Assembly: GCA_932182025.1 (NCBI GenBank)
Contig: CAKNXK010000010.1
Coordinates: 60,245-124,244, forward strand
Source of the DNA: an uncultured Candidatus Melainabacteria bacterium
GTDB taxonomy: Bacteria > Cyanobacteriota > Vampirovibrionia > Gastranaerophilales > Gastranaerophilaceae
Reading direction: 5' to 3'
DNA length: 64,000 nucleotides
Part shown: positions 1 through 9,320 of the stretch, one piece after another
Layout of the letters: every line of letters begins with the position of its first letter
Position numbering within the stretch: the stretch's first letter is position 1
Notes under the pieces: generated by a model
What the model saw: the letters and a program-made list of their open reading frames with translations, nothing else
Database searches by the model: none
Told to the model about the DNA's origin: nothing
Made by a program: the position numbers and the translations under genes

Positions 1-172
1 AAATATGGTATACTAGCAGTACGAAATAAATAAGTGTACTTTTTACCCTTAAAAGGGTATTGTAACAAAAACTTAATAAAGAAATTGAAAAAGGCAATTT
101 TTTATAAAAACAAAACTTTATAATCTTGTGTAGAAGTTAGATAATTTTATTTGCATATCGGAGGTAAAGTGT

Positions 173-1030
173 ATGGCAATAACAGTTAACGGCAAAAAGA
201 AACAAGTTAAAAAAACTTTCCAAGAACTTATCAATGATTTAATGTCATCAAGTTCAGAAAAAGTTAGATATAATGCTGCCCGCGTTTTAGGCGAAATGGG
301 CGACTCTAAAGCCGTTGAACCGTTAATTGATGTTCTTAAGAATGACAAAAACGGTTCTGTTCGTTTATACGCTGCTCGTGCTTTGGGCGAATTGGGTGAT
401 TGCAAGGCTACAGAACACTTAATCGAATCATTACGCGAAGACAGAAACGTAGACGTTAGAGTTCGTGCAGCTCGTGCACTCGGTCGTTTAGGCGGTAAAA
501 TCGTTGTTGAACCGCTTGTTGAAGCATTAAACGACGAAAATTCTCAAGTTTGTATCACAGCAACAGATGCTCTTATTGAAATCGGTGATGTTGCTACAGA
601 TGCATTAATGAAATCATTAGACCACGAAAAAGTAAATGTTCGTTGTGACGCAACTCGTGCTCTTGGTGAAATCGGCAACAAAAAATGCGTGGATAAAATC
701 ATTAATATGTTATACGATGAATGGGTTAACGTAAGAATTTATGCAGTAACTTCATTAGGTAAATTAAATGATACAAAAGCAGTTCCTGCTCTAATTGATG
801 TTATGAAAAACCGTTCAGAAAATGACTTAGTAAGAGCTGGTGCAGCAGCTGCATTAGGCGTACTTCGTGACCAACGTGCTCTTCTTCCATTACGTGAATT
901 GATTATGGAAGCTGAAGAGTTAGGTGAACTTGAAGATACAGCTCTTAAATCTTTCAAAAAGATTATGGCAGCTAACTGGCAAGCTATTCCTGGAGCTAAT
1001 CAGCAACAGAAAAAACCTGCTACAGTTTAG
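173..1030 (+). CDS. HEAT / PBS-lyase-type repeat protein
   Basis: 285-aa ORF built from about seven tandem ~31-aa repeats of the form VRxxAARALGxxGDxKAVEPLIxxL. GGAGG lies 8 nt upstream of the ATG and a hairpin terminator follows. Confidence 0.85.
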   Translation: MAITVNGKKKQVKKTFQELINDLMSSSSEKVRYNAARVLGEMGDSKAVEPLIDVLKNDKNGSVRLYAARALGELGDCKATEHLIESLREDRNVDVRVRAARALGRLGGKIVVEPLVEALNDENSQVCITATDALIEIGDVATDALMKSLDHEKVNVRCDATRALGEIGNKKCVDKIINMLYDEWVNVRIYAVTSLGKLNDTKAVPALIDVMKNRSENDLVRAGAAAALGVLRDQRALLPLRELIMEAEELGELEDTALKSFKKIMAANWQAIPGANQQQKKPATV

Positions 1031-1050
1031 GAAAATATTTAACAATACAA

Positions 1051-1084
1051 AGGGTCGGTTGATTTCATCAACCGACCCTTTTAT
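1051..1084 (+). terminator. Rho-independent terminator after the HEAT-repeat gene
   Basis: Perfect 12-bp stem agggtcggttga/tcaaccgaccct with a 5-nt loop, followed by tttt. Confidence 0.7.
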
Positions 1085-1093
1085 AATAAACGT

Positions 1094-1966
1094 ATGAATT
1101 ACTACAAAAAATACTCGCCATATTTATTTTTGCTTCCCGCAGCGGCAGTGTTGATTGTTTTCTTTTTTATACCGTTTTTTCAAACGATTGGATTAAGTTT
1201 TTTTGATTATTCTTCCAGCATTTATCATCCGACTTTTAATGGGATTGATAACTATACAAAACTTTTTAAAGAACCAATTTTTTACAAAGTAATGTTTAAT
1301 ACCTTTATGTATCTTGTAATAGCGGTTCCTTTTATTGTTATATTTCCTCTATTTTTGGCTATATTAATCAACCAAAAAATCAGAGGAGTGACATTATATA
1401 AGATACTTATTTATCTTCCTGTAATTGTTTCAATTGTTGTTGCAGCAATTGCTTTTAAATGGCTTTATTCAACACAAGGAGTTTTAAACTACCTTTTATC
1501 TCTTTTGCATATTGCGCCAATCGGCTGGCTAACTGACACAAAATGGGCGTTATTTTCAGTTGCGGTTGTAACCATTTGGAAAGGGGTCGGGTATTATATG
1601 ATGATTTATCTTTCATCATTAATGAGCGTTCCTCAAGATTTGTATGAAGCCTGTGATATTGACGGTGCAAGTTTTTTACAAAAACATTTGACCGTAACAA
1701 TTCCGCATATTATGCCAACAATCGCTCTTGTTTCTACAATCAGTACAATTTCTGCAATGAAGGTTTTTGCAGAGATTTATGTTATGACAAAAGGCGGACC
1801 TTTGAATTCTTCAAAAACAATTGTTTATTATATTTATGAACGCGCATTTGAAAACCTTGATTTAGGCTACGCATCAGCTCTTGCGGTTGTCTTGCTTGTA
1901 GTGGTTATGATATTTTCGTTAATAAATATCTTGTGTTTTGAACGTAACAAATATGGTGATATTTAA
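1094..1966 (+). CDS. Carbohydrate ABC transporter permease (MalF/UgpA-like)
   Basis: 290 aa and multi-TM, with an EAA-loop-like segment YEACDIDGASFLQKHLTVTIPHIMP. No partner permease, binding protein or ATPase is adjacent. Confidence 0.85.
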   Translation: MNYYKKYSPYLFLLPAAAVLIVFFFIPFFQTIGLSFFDYSSSIYHPTFNGIDNYTKLFKEPIFYKVMFNTFMYLVIAVPFIVIFPLFLAILINQKIRGVTLYKILIYLPVIVSIVVAAIAFKWLYSTQGVLNYLLSLLHIAPIGWLTDTKWALFSVAVVTIWKGVGYYMMIYLSSLMSVPQDLYEACDIDGASFLQKHLTVTIPHIMPTIALVSTISTISAMKVFAEIYVMTKGGPLNSSKTIVYYIYERAFENLDLGYASALAVVLLVVVMIFSLINILCFERNKYGDI

Positions 1967-2979
1967 TGAAAATCCTTGTTATAACAGATTTATATCCTAT
2001 AAAAAAGGATGAAAAATATACTCCGCACACAATAGAAACTTTTGTTAAAAACTGGCAAAAACTCGGACATGAAGTCAAAGTTATTAAACCAAATTTTTTA
2101 CTAAATTCTTTTTTAAGACAAAAACCTTACTACCCAAATGGAGCTTATGGAAATATAGAAAACATTAATTTTATTACACCGTTTTGGGGAAAAATCAAAA
2201 CTTCATTTGCCCCTGACATTGTAATAGCGCACATGCCAAGCGGAATTTTATACGCTGATAAATTAGGATTACCGTTTTGTGCAGCAGTTCATGCTTCAGA
2301 TATAGAAGTTTTAACAAAACCAATTTACAGATTTCATTTTAAACCAAGACTGGAAAAAGCTTATAAAAATGCAATGAAAATTGCGTGTCGTTCAGAAGTT
2401 TTAAAACAAAAGTTTCTAAAACTTTATCCTGAGTTTAAAGAAAAAACTTTTGTTGCTCCATCCGGCATAAACGGTGCAATTAAAAGAGTTTGGTCAAACA
2501 ATAATAAAATAAAAGTATTAACCTGCGGGCAATTTATCAAACGAAAACATATTGATGATGTAATTCTAGCCTGCAAAAATTTTGAGAATCTTGAACTCAC
2601 CGTGATTGGTTCAGGCAAAGAGAAAATGCCTGATGGCGCGTTTTTTACGGGACAGTTACCGCACAAAGATGTCTTAGAAAAAATGCGCGAATCCGATATT
2701 TTTATACTTCCTAGCGAAAATGAAACCTTCGGAATGGTTTATCTTGAAGCAATGGCGTCAGGATGTATAACCGTTTGCAGAAAAGGAGACGGAATTGATG
2801 GGATTATTAAAGACGGTGAAAATGGATTTGTCTGTACTGATGTAAATGAAGTTCTGAAAAAAATTCTTATTTACACCGACAAAAACAAAATCCTTGAAAA
2901 CAGCTTCAATACTGTTTTAAACTTAACAGAAGAAAAAACCGCGGAAAATTATCTAAGTAATATTATCAACCAAAACTAA
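1966..2979 (+). CDS. Glycosyltransferase, GT-B fold (GT4-like)
   Basis: C-terminal ETFGMVYLEAMASGCITVC...GENGF region typical of retaining GT4 enzymes. The start overlaps the permease stop (TAATG). Confidence 0.85.
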   Translation: MKILVITDLYPIKKDEKYTPHTIETFVKNWQKLGHEVKVIKPNFLLNSFLRQKPYYPNGAYGNIENINFITPFWGKIKTSFAPDIVIAHMPSGILYADKLGLPFCAAVHASDIEVLTKPIYRFHFKPRLEKAYKNAMKIACRSEVLKQKFLKLYPEFKEKTFVAPSGINGAIKRVWSNNNKIKVLTCGQFIKRKHIDDVILACKNFENLELTVIGSGKEKMPDGAFFTGQLPHKDVLEKMRESDIFILPSENETFGMVYLEAMASGCITVCRKGDGIDGIIKDGENGFVCTDVNEVLKKILIYTDKNKILENSFNTVLNLTEEKTAENYLSNIINQN

Positions 2980-3071
2980 ACTAAATGGTAATTTATCTCT
3001 TAAAGGAACCCATTACAATTTTTATACGGGGAAAAGAAATAATTCATTTACCCCAATGGAGATATGTTATT

Positions 3072-3374
3072 ATGGAAAACTTTCAGAATAAATACCTTGA
3101 AATCAAAAATATTAATAAAGATATTGTAAACTGGGTTGAAGATATCGCCGAAGAAAACAATTGCAGAATTGAACGCAAAGAGTGGAAAAGCAAATACAAC
3201 AGTTATGTTGTATATGACTATGAACCTTTTTGTTCGGAAGGGTTTGAGATAAATATTCTATTGAGTTCTTTTGATATTTCATACCTCAATTTCATTAAGT
3301 ATTTGTACAACGAAAAGCTATCAACAATAGATTATTTAAACAGCTGCATAAAAAGCCCTGCGATTAAGTTCTAA
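3072..3374 (+). CDS. Hypothetical protein
   Basis: The ORF track gives 2985..3374. The internal Met (MENFQNKY...) has a GGAGA box upstream, so I use it as the start. No recognisable domain. Confidence 0.3.
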   Translation: MENFQNKYLEIKNINKDIVNWVEDIAEENNCRIERKEWKSKYNSYVVYDYEPFCSEGFEINILLSSFDISYLNFIKYLYNEKLSTIDYLNSCIKSPAIKF

Positions 3375-3394
3375 TTTGTGGTAAAATTTCTGCT

Positions 3395-4414
3395 ATGGGA
3401 CGAAGAATAACCGTAGCAGAAATGGCACCTCATATTCACAGTTTTATGCCTAATGAAAACAAGGTAAAAAAACTTGCGGACTGGCTTGCAAATTGGATAA
3501 AAACGGGATTGCAATCAAAAAAAATTGAGCCCGAAGATTTGCTGCCCGTTAAAGGAGACCTTGCCTGCCACATCGGAGTCAGCCAGGGAACTGTTCAAAG
3601 TGCTTACAGAATAGTAGAAGATTTAGGTTTAGTTGAATCAAAGCAAAGGATTGGAACTTATATAAAAGCTTCTGATAAAAACTTTGAAAAGCTTACATCT
3701 AAACGCGAACTTGCAATTGAAATTATCAAAAAATATTTATTAGAAAATAAATATAAAATTGGGGATAAAGTTATTTCAGTTAGAGAATTGGCTAGAATAA
3801 CAGGAATATCAAATACAACACTGGTAACCGCTTTCTCAAATCTGGTTTCTCAAGGGATTTTAGAGAAAAAAAACAATTCGTTCATTGTACTTGTTTCTGA
3901 TTTTAATATTGAAGAAATAGAAACAAAAACACTTGTTGAAAAAATAGCTGACAATATCAAGCATTATGCGGCAAATCTTTCTTCGGGAGACAAACTGCCG
4001 CCAAACACAGAGCTCGCCAAAAGATTCAATGTAAGCGTAAAAACAATACACGATGCGATAAAACTTCTTGCAAAAGAGGGGTTACTCTACACACGCCGCG
4101 GCAGATATGGAACGGCTGTAAGCAACGACACCGCAGAACTTTACCATTATGAAAAAATCGAACAAAAAATACGACAATATATTTCTGAAAACTCTCAAGT
4201 CGGAGATAAGCTTCCATCAATAAAAGAGTTCTCAAAGATTTACAATACAAGCGAAAAAACAGTAAAAACAGCACTTGATAATCTTGCAGAAGATGGCTAC
4301 CTAACCTTTACACGCGGACGCTATGGAGGAACATTCGTTATGGATATTCCTCAAGGGGTAAATGAAGCTTATAAATGGCTAGCCATTAATTCTGAGTACG
4401 TTCTCCCTGAGTAG
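3395..4414 (+). CDS. Transcription factor with four tandem GntR-type winged-helix domains
   Basis: Four consecutive copies of the GntR HTH signature, for example LPPNTELAKRFNVSVKTIHDAIKLLAKEGLLYTRRGRYGTAV. No effector-binding domain is recognisable. Confidence 0.8.
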   Translation: MGRRITVAEMAPHIHSFMPNENKVKKLADWLANWIKTGLQSKKIEPEDLLPVKGDLACHIGVSQGTVQSAYRIVEDLGLVESKQRIGTYIKASDKNFEKLTSKRELAIEIIKKYLLENKYKIGDKVISVRELARITGISNTTLVTAFSNLVSQGILEKKNNSFIVLVSDFNIEEIETKTLVEKIADNIKHYAANLSSGDKLPPNTELAKRFNVSVKTIHDAIKLLAKEGLLYTRRGRYGTAVSNDTAELYHYEKIEQKIRQYISENSQVGDKLPSIKEFSKIYNTSEKTVKTALDNLAEDGYLTFTRGRYGGTFVMDIPQGVNEAYKWLAINSEYVLPE

Positions 4415-5215
4415 CGCTGATTTCCCAATCGGAATAGTAATTTTGTCCTGCGCGTGCGTAATTTTGAAGCCTGAAACAGCAGGAACAGGAAGTGTTTCAA
4501 AATACTCATCAAGCCATTGTTCATTATCAAGATATAGAAAATCTCCAAGCACAATTCCTTTGCAATATTTTTTGAAATTATCTATATTGAATAATTGTTG
4601 AAACATTTTATCAATCTTATAAACAGGCTCATTCAAATCTTCTGCAAAGAAAATAAAATCTTCATCAGGAATAAAGTCCTGACCGCATAAAGAAACAACT
4701 GTCGCAAGATTTCCACCCCAGATAATTCCTTTTGCTTCACCTTGATAATAAATTTTATTCCCAATAAATTCCATAGGCTCATTATTTAGAGCCTTAAAGA
4801 AATTTTCATTAGTAAAATCCGAAATTACCCCACCAAAATCGCTGCTTGCCATGGGACCATGATAAGTCACCATACCGCATTTTTTATAAAACATTAACAA
4901 AAGAGCCGTAATATCCGAAAAACCTACAAACGGTTTTGGATTATTCTTAATAACTTCGTAATTAATTTGATTAATTAATCTGATAGCTCCATAACCGCCG
5001 CGAGCATTGAGAATTAAATCAATTTCAGGGTCTTCAAAAAAACTATAAAGAGCTTCTAATTTACCCTCATCAGAACCTGCAAGGTAACGATTTCTGTCAA
5101 AAATGTTTTTAGACAACTTAACCGTAAAGCCCATCTGTTCCAGATAGGCTTTAGAGTTTTCTATTTTTTCTTTATCACAAGCTCCTGATAGAGCTATTAT
5201 TCCGATTGTTTTCAT
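4379..5215 (-). CDS. ldcA: LD-carboxypeptidase (peptidase S66, LdcA-like)
   Basis: 278 aa with the GFSDITALL nucleophile motif and a C-terminal ITHAQDKITIPIG His region. Its 3' end overlaps the convergent GntR gene by 36 nt. Confidence 0.8.
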   Translation of the reverse strand: MKTIGIIALSGACDKEKIENSKAYLEQMGFTVKLSKNIFDRNRYLAGSDEGKLEALYSFFEDPEIDLILNARGGYGAIRLINQINYEVIKNNPKPFVGFSDITALLLMFYKKCGMVTYHGPMASSDFGGVISDFTNENFFKALNNEPMEFIGNKIYYQGEAKGIIWGGNLATVVSLCGQDFIPDEDFIFFAEDLNEPVYKIDKMFQQLFNIDNFKKYCKGIVLGDFLYLDNEQWLDEYFETLPVPAVSGFKITHAQDKITIPIGKSALLRENVLRING

Positions 5216-5263
5216 TTTCCCTTTAATCCAAGCTTGATATTACACCAACCGACTAAAATATAT

Positions 5264-6346
5264 TTACCCCTTTTCTTTAATTTGCTTAGCGTTAGCTAAA
5301 TCATCTTCATCAATTTTTTCTTCTTTTTTCTTATCTTCTTTTTCTAATTGTTTGTTAATAATAAGAGTTTGAAGAACTTGGAAGCAGTTGCTTGAAATCA
5401 AATATAACAATACACCTGCTGGAATTGGAATTATGATGAATGTAAATGTTAACATAATCGGCATAAATGTGTTCATTGATTTTTGCATAGCCTGAGCTGC
5501 CGGATCCTGCTGTGTATTCTTATTCATTGCCATCATTGCTTTTTGAGAGAAGAACATTGTTAGAGCAAATAACGCAATTAATATAGCTACATCCAAATGG
5601 AATGCAGTTTTAACTTCAATTGTAGGAACTGATGCGGTTAAAATACCGTCTTTTCTAACAAATTCAACAGGTTTAGTTTGTTTTGTTTGAACATCCATAA
5701 TATCAATATCCGCTTTTTCAATCTGGTCAAGCTGGCTGAATTTTAAGTTCAAACTATCTAAACTGATTTTGAAATCAGCAGTTTCGCCAGGAACAAGTTC
5801 ACCTTGAACTTCAACTGCTTTGTTAGGTTTTTCGATTTTAACATTTTCTAAAACTTCGTCATCTTTAAGATAAACTTTTGCAATCTTCCCTGTCATAAAA
5901 GTATCATATTTAGAAACTCCTAATTCTCCGTTTTCTGAAATAGCTGCAGAAGATTTAAGAGTAGCATCCAATCTGTTTATGAATAAGAAATGAGAATCAC
6001 CTGCAAGCTGAATAAACTGAGGGCTCATTAAAGTTGAGTACAAAAGAATAAATATAGGCATTTGGATTAGAAGCGGGAAACAGCCTGCCATTGGATTAAA
6101 TTTGTGTTCTTTGTAGAACTCCATCATTTTTTGCTGCATCTTTTGCGGATCGCTTTTATATCTTTCCTGAATAGCTTTCATTTTTGGCTGAAGCATTTGC
6201 ATTGTACGCATAGAACGCTGTTGTGATACACCAAGAGGCCACATTGCAGCTCTTATAATTATAGTTAAAAGTATAATACCAACGCCATACCCGCCAACAA
6301 TAGAAAGGGTTTTTAAAATATCAATAGTTAATGATGTAAAATCCAT
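5264..6346 (-). CDS. yidC: Membrane protein insertase YidC/Oxa1 family
   Basis: RSMRTMQMLQPKMKAIQERYK...MMEFYKEHKFNPMAGCFPLLIQMPIF core and a Lys/Glu-rich C-tail. I place the start at the internal Met (MDFTS) preceded by AAGGAAGAG, whereas the ORF track starts at 6406. Confidence 0.85.
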   Translation of the reverse strand: MDFTSLTIDILKTLSIVGGYGVGIILLTIIIRAAMWPLGVSQQRSMRTMQMLQPKMKAIQERYKSDPQKMQQKMMEFYKEHKFNPMAGCFPLLIQMPIFILLYSTLMSPQFIQLAGDSHFLFINRLDATLKSSAAISENGELGVSKYDTFMTGKIAKVYLKDDEVLENVKIEKPNKAVEVQGELVPGETADFKISLDSLNLKFSQLDQIEKADIDIMDVQTKQTKPVEFVRKDGILTASVPTIEVKTAFHLDVAILIALFALTMFFSQKAMMAMNKNTQQDPAAQAMQKSMNTFMPIMLTFTFIIIPIPAGVLLYLISSNCFQVLQTLIINKQLEKEDKKKEEKIDEDDLANAKQIKEKG

Positions 6347-6446
6347 AATCTCTTCCTTAAAAATCTGATACTCGTTAATTATCCTGTAAATATAGAGGGA
6401 AGTCAATGTACTTGAACTTCTTTCCGATTTTAACTACAATATTTTT

Positions 6447-7250
6447 ATGGGAGTAAAAAGTTTAATCGTCGTCATATCCATGCTATTCACACTTTCTGTA
6501 TCTGCTGAGCCATATTACAGTCAGCCAACAAGCAATGTACAGGTACAGAATGATTTTGCTGACTATATGGAAAACATTCATGCAAAACTCCAGAAAAACT
6601 GGGCTCCGCCGGATTTTTTAGAAGAAGCCCATACCAGAATATTATTCAAACTAAATAGAGATGGCGAAATTTATGCAGCTAATATCATTGAGAGTTCCGG
6701 TGACAAAATCTATGATGAAGCTGCTATAAATGCTTTAAAAAAAGCAATGCCTTTCGGGACTTTTCCTGCAAACAGCACACGCCAAACTTTAGCTGTTAAT
6801 TATTCGTTTGATACATCACTTGTTAAAACAGATAGAATGAAAAATTATTACAATCTTTCAAAACAATATTTTCTAAGTGATAAACAAACAGCTTTGAAAT
6901 ATATTAATCTTGCTATTAATGAGGTTAATGGTGATGATGAAAGTTATTTTTTATACAAACACCGAGGCAAAGTCAAGGAAGCTTTAGGCGACCATGTTGG
7001 AGCTAATCAGGACTTTACGACTTACAACATAATGAAAAAAAGAATTGATATTAAGCGCGTTCATGCACTTAAATATCAGGCAGAAATTGAAGATACAGCC
7101 TTCGCTTATTTTTATCTGGCTTATGCATATGAAATGATTCAGGATTACGAAAACGCAATCCATGCAATAAATAAAGCTATTGAACGCACTGATTTGAATA
7201 ATAATTATAAAAGATATAGAACCGAGCTGGTTAAAAAAATCAGCCTCTAA
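6447..7250 (+). CDS. Secreted TonB C-terminal-domain protein with TPR-like tail
   Basis: N-terminal signal peptide, a TonB_C-like segment ILFKLNRDGEIYAANIIESSGDKIYDEAAINALKKAMPFGTFP, and TPR-like helical repeats at the C-terminus. Confidence 0.55.
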   Translation: MGVKSLIVVISMLFTLSVSAEPYYSQPTSNVQVQNDFADYMENIHAKLQKNWAPPDFLEEAHTRILFKLNRDGEIYAANIIESSGDKIYDEAAINALKKAMPFGTFPANSTRQTLAVNYSFDTSLVKTDRMKNYYNLSKQYFLSDKQTALKYINLAINEVNGDDESYFLYKHRGKVKEALGDHVGANQDFTTYNIMKKRIDIKRVHALKYQAEIEDTAFAYFYLAYAYEMIQDYENAIHAINKAIERTDLNNNYKRYRTELVKKISL

Positions 7251-7983
7251 CTCTTTTGAACGCTTTAATAATAATATTCCTTGCTTCCATAGCTTCATCA
7301 TGGGTCAATGGAGGAACATCTTTTAGCGGATATTCAATCCCTAAATTCTCATACTTAGGAATTGCCATATCGTGATAAGGCAGCACATCCAATGCAGCAA
7401 CATTATTCAATGTTCCCAAAAACTCACCAAGACGAGTTAAATACTCTTCATTCATTGTAATAGTAGTAACAGTAACATGACGCACCCACATTGGTTTTTT
7501 GTTATCTGACAAGTATTTTGCAAACTCTAAAATTGTTTTATTAGAATGTCCTGTAAGCTTTTTATGCTCTTCATCATCAATATGTTTAATATCTAACAAC
7601 ACTAGAGAGGTGTATTTCAAAAGCTCATCAATCTTAGTTGTATTATCTTTATTAAACAATAGTCCGGATGTATCAAGCGCTGTATGCACACCTTCCGCTT
7701 GAGCTTTTTTGAATAATTCTGTAACAAAATCAATCTGCACCCAAGGTTCGCCGCCTGTAACAGTAATCCCGCCGCCACAAAACTCTTTTACACCATGATA
7801 TTGTGCCATAATTTCATCAACTGACATTTTCTTCGCTTCACCTGTATAATCCCATGTATCAGGATTGTGACAGTACTGACATCTAAGCGGACATCCTTGA
7901 GTAAACACAACAAATCTTATCCCGGGACCATCAACAGTTCCGCAGCTTTCAATTGAATGTATATTTCCTAAAATTTCTGACAT
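7240..7983 (-). CDS. pflA: Pyruvate formate-lyase activating enzyme (radical SAM)
   Basis: GPGIRFVVFTQGCPLRCQYCHNPDTW cluster motif and a 247-aa length typical of PflA. GAGGTG Shine-Dalgarno sequence. Confidence 0.9.
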   Translation of the reverse strand: MSEILGNIHSIESCGTVDGPGIRFVVFTQGCPLRCQYCHNPDTWDYTGEAKKMSVDEIMAQYHGVKEFCGGGITVTGGEPWVQIDFVTELFKKAQAEGVHTALDTSGLLFNKDNTTKIDELLKYTSLVLLDIKHIDDEEHKKLTGHSNKTILEFAKYLSDNKKPMWVRHVTVTTITMNEEYLTRLGEFLGTLNNVAALDVLPYHDMAIPKYENLGIEYPLKDVPPLTHDEAMEARNIIIKAFKRVRG

Positions 7984-8065
7984 AATTCACCTCTAGAATT
8001 ATTCTATTACAAAATTATCTCAACGGGCAATTTCTTTATATAATAATTCAAACAATAATCCGAGT

Positions 8066-8950
8066 ATGAAAAAAGAATACATAACATACGCATTAATTAT
8101 AATTGGTCTTTTATTTTTTCTGCATTATATATGGGGACAAATACGTATCACAGTTGATTTTCAGGAACTGGAACCGTTTAGACATTCTTTACCTGTATAT
8201 TACAAAGGTTTTAAGCTCGGGCATACTGTTAAAGTTTATCCGAGCCCCGATTTTCATACAACTCGTGTTGATTTAAAACTCAGATTAAAAGAGCTTGAAC
8301 TCCCTGCTAATACAACAGCAATGATAAGACGCAAAGACAAAAAAGATTATATTGAACTTGTTTACCCAAATGCACCTTATCTTGCAAGACTTCGCAACCA
8401 TTCACTTATTGAAGGGACAAAAGGACTAAACTTTGAAAGCTTTATTCAAGATCAGGCAAAAAACGGCGGATTAGACGAAATTAAAGATAATGTTAACGGC
8501 ACAATCCAATCTGCAGGAAAAACTTTTGATGCTCTAACAGAGATGATAAATGTTTTAACAGGAATATTAGAAGATGTTCGTCCGACTATCAATGATACTG
8601 TTATGAATGTAAACACAGCTTCAAGATACCTGGCAGATGCTTCATACAATGTACAAAGCACTCTTCAGGAAGGTTATATTAATTCAACACTCGAAAACCT
8701 TGAGCGCACAAGCAAAAACCTTGTTATGACAACACAAAATATAACAGGTGTAACAAACAATGTTAATAACAACAGTATTAATCTAATAAACTGTGTTATC
8801 AGAAATATTAATACAGTTGTAAGCAACGTCAACGAAATCGTAATCGGCTTAGGTGAAACACTCAAAAAACGTTTCGCAGGAATAAGACTAATATTTGGAA
8901 GAGCAATCGACTGCGGCAATAATTGCAACGTAAGCGAATGCAGCAAATAA
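8066..8950 (+). CDS. MlaD/MCE-domain-like membrane-anchored protein
   Basis: N-terminal TM helix, then ITVDFQELEPFRHSLPVYYKGFKLGHTVKV, which resembles an MlaD domain. Asn-rich helical region and a Cys-rich C-terminus (DCGNNCNVSECSK). Confidence 0.45.
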   Translation: MKKEYITYALIIIGLLFFLHYIWGQIRITVDFQELEPFRHSLPVYYKGFKLGHTVKVYPSPDFHTTRVDLKLRLKELELPANTTAMIRRKDKKDYIELVYPNAPYLARLRNHSLIEGTKGLNFESFIQDQAKNGGLDEIKDNVNGTIQSAGKTFDALTEMINVLTGILEDVRPTINDTVMNVNTASRYLADASYNVQSTLQEGYINSTLENLERTSKNLVMTTQNITGVTNNVNNNSINLINCVIRNINTVVSNVNEIVIGLGETLKKRFAGIRLIFGRAIDCGNNCNVSECSK

Positions 8951-8966
8951 GACTTTATTAGTTTTA

Positions 8967-9320
8967 TTATTTCCAATCAGTTTTATCCAAAAATGCCCTT
9001 ACCGCACCTTGCAAATCGTCCGGAGTTTCGAGAGAAACTTCTCCCTCAGGAGTTTTTGCACCGTCCACAAAACTTTCGCGCACTTTGTTATAAAGCGTTA
9101 ACAACAAAAATATAATACAAGAAGATGCAGCAACGCCGCCCATTGCTAGTAAAAATTTCTTAGCAATCTTGCGTTTGCTAACAGGCTGTTTGTAAGGCGT
9201 TATAGGAGTAACAACCTCTTCTTGCATAGCATCAACTGGCTCAACGTCATCAACTGCCTGTACTTGAACAGGCAGTGATAACATTGTTAAAATCATTATT
9301 GCTAGAATTCTATTCTTCAT
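8967..9320 (-). CDS. Hypothetical secreted/membrane protein
   Basis: Signal-peptide-like MKNRILAIMILTMLSLPVQVQA plus one later TM helix. The ORF track starts at 9344, and I prefer the Met that begins the signal peptide. Confidence 0.35.
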   Translation of the reverse strand: MKNRILAIMILTMLSLPVQVQAVDDVEPVDAMQEEVVTPITPYKQPVSKRKIAKKFLLAMGGVAASSCIIFLLLTLYNKVRESFVDGAKTPEGEVSLETPDDLQGAVRAFLDKTDWK

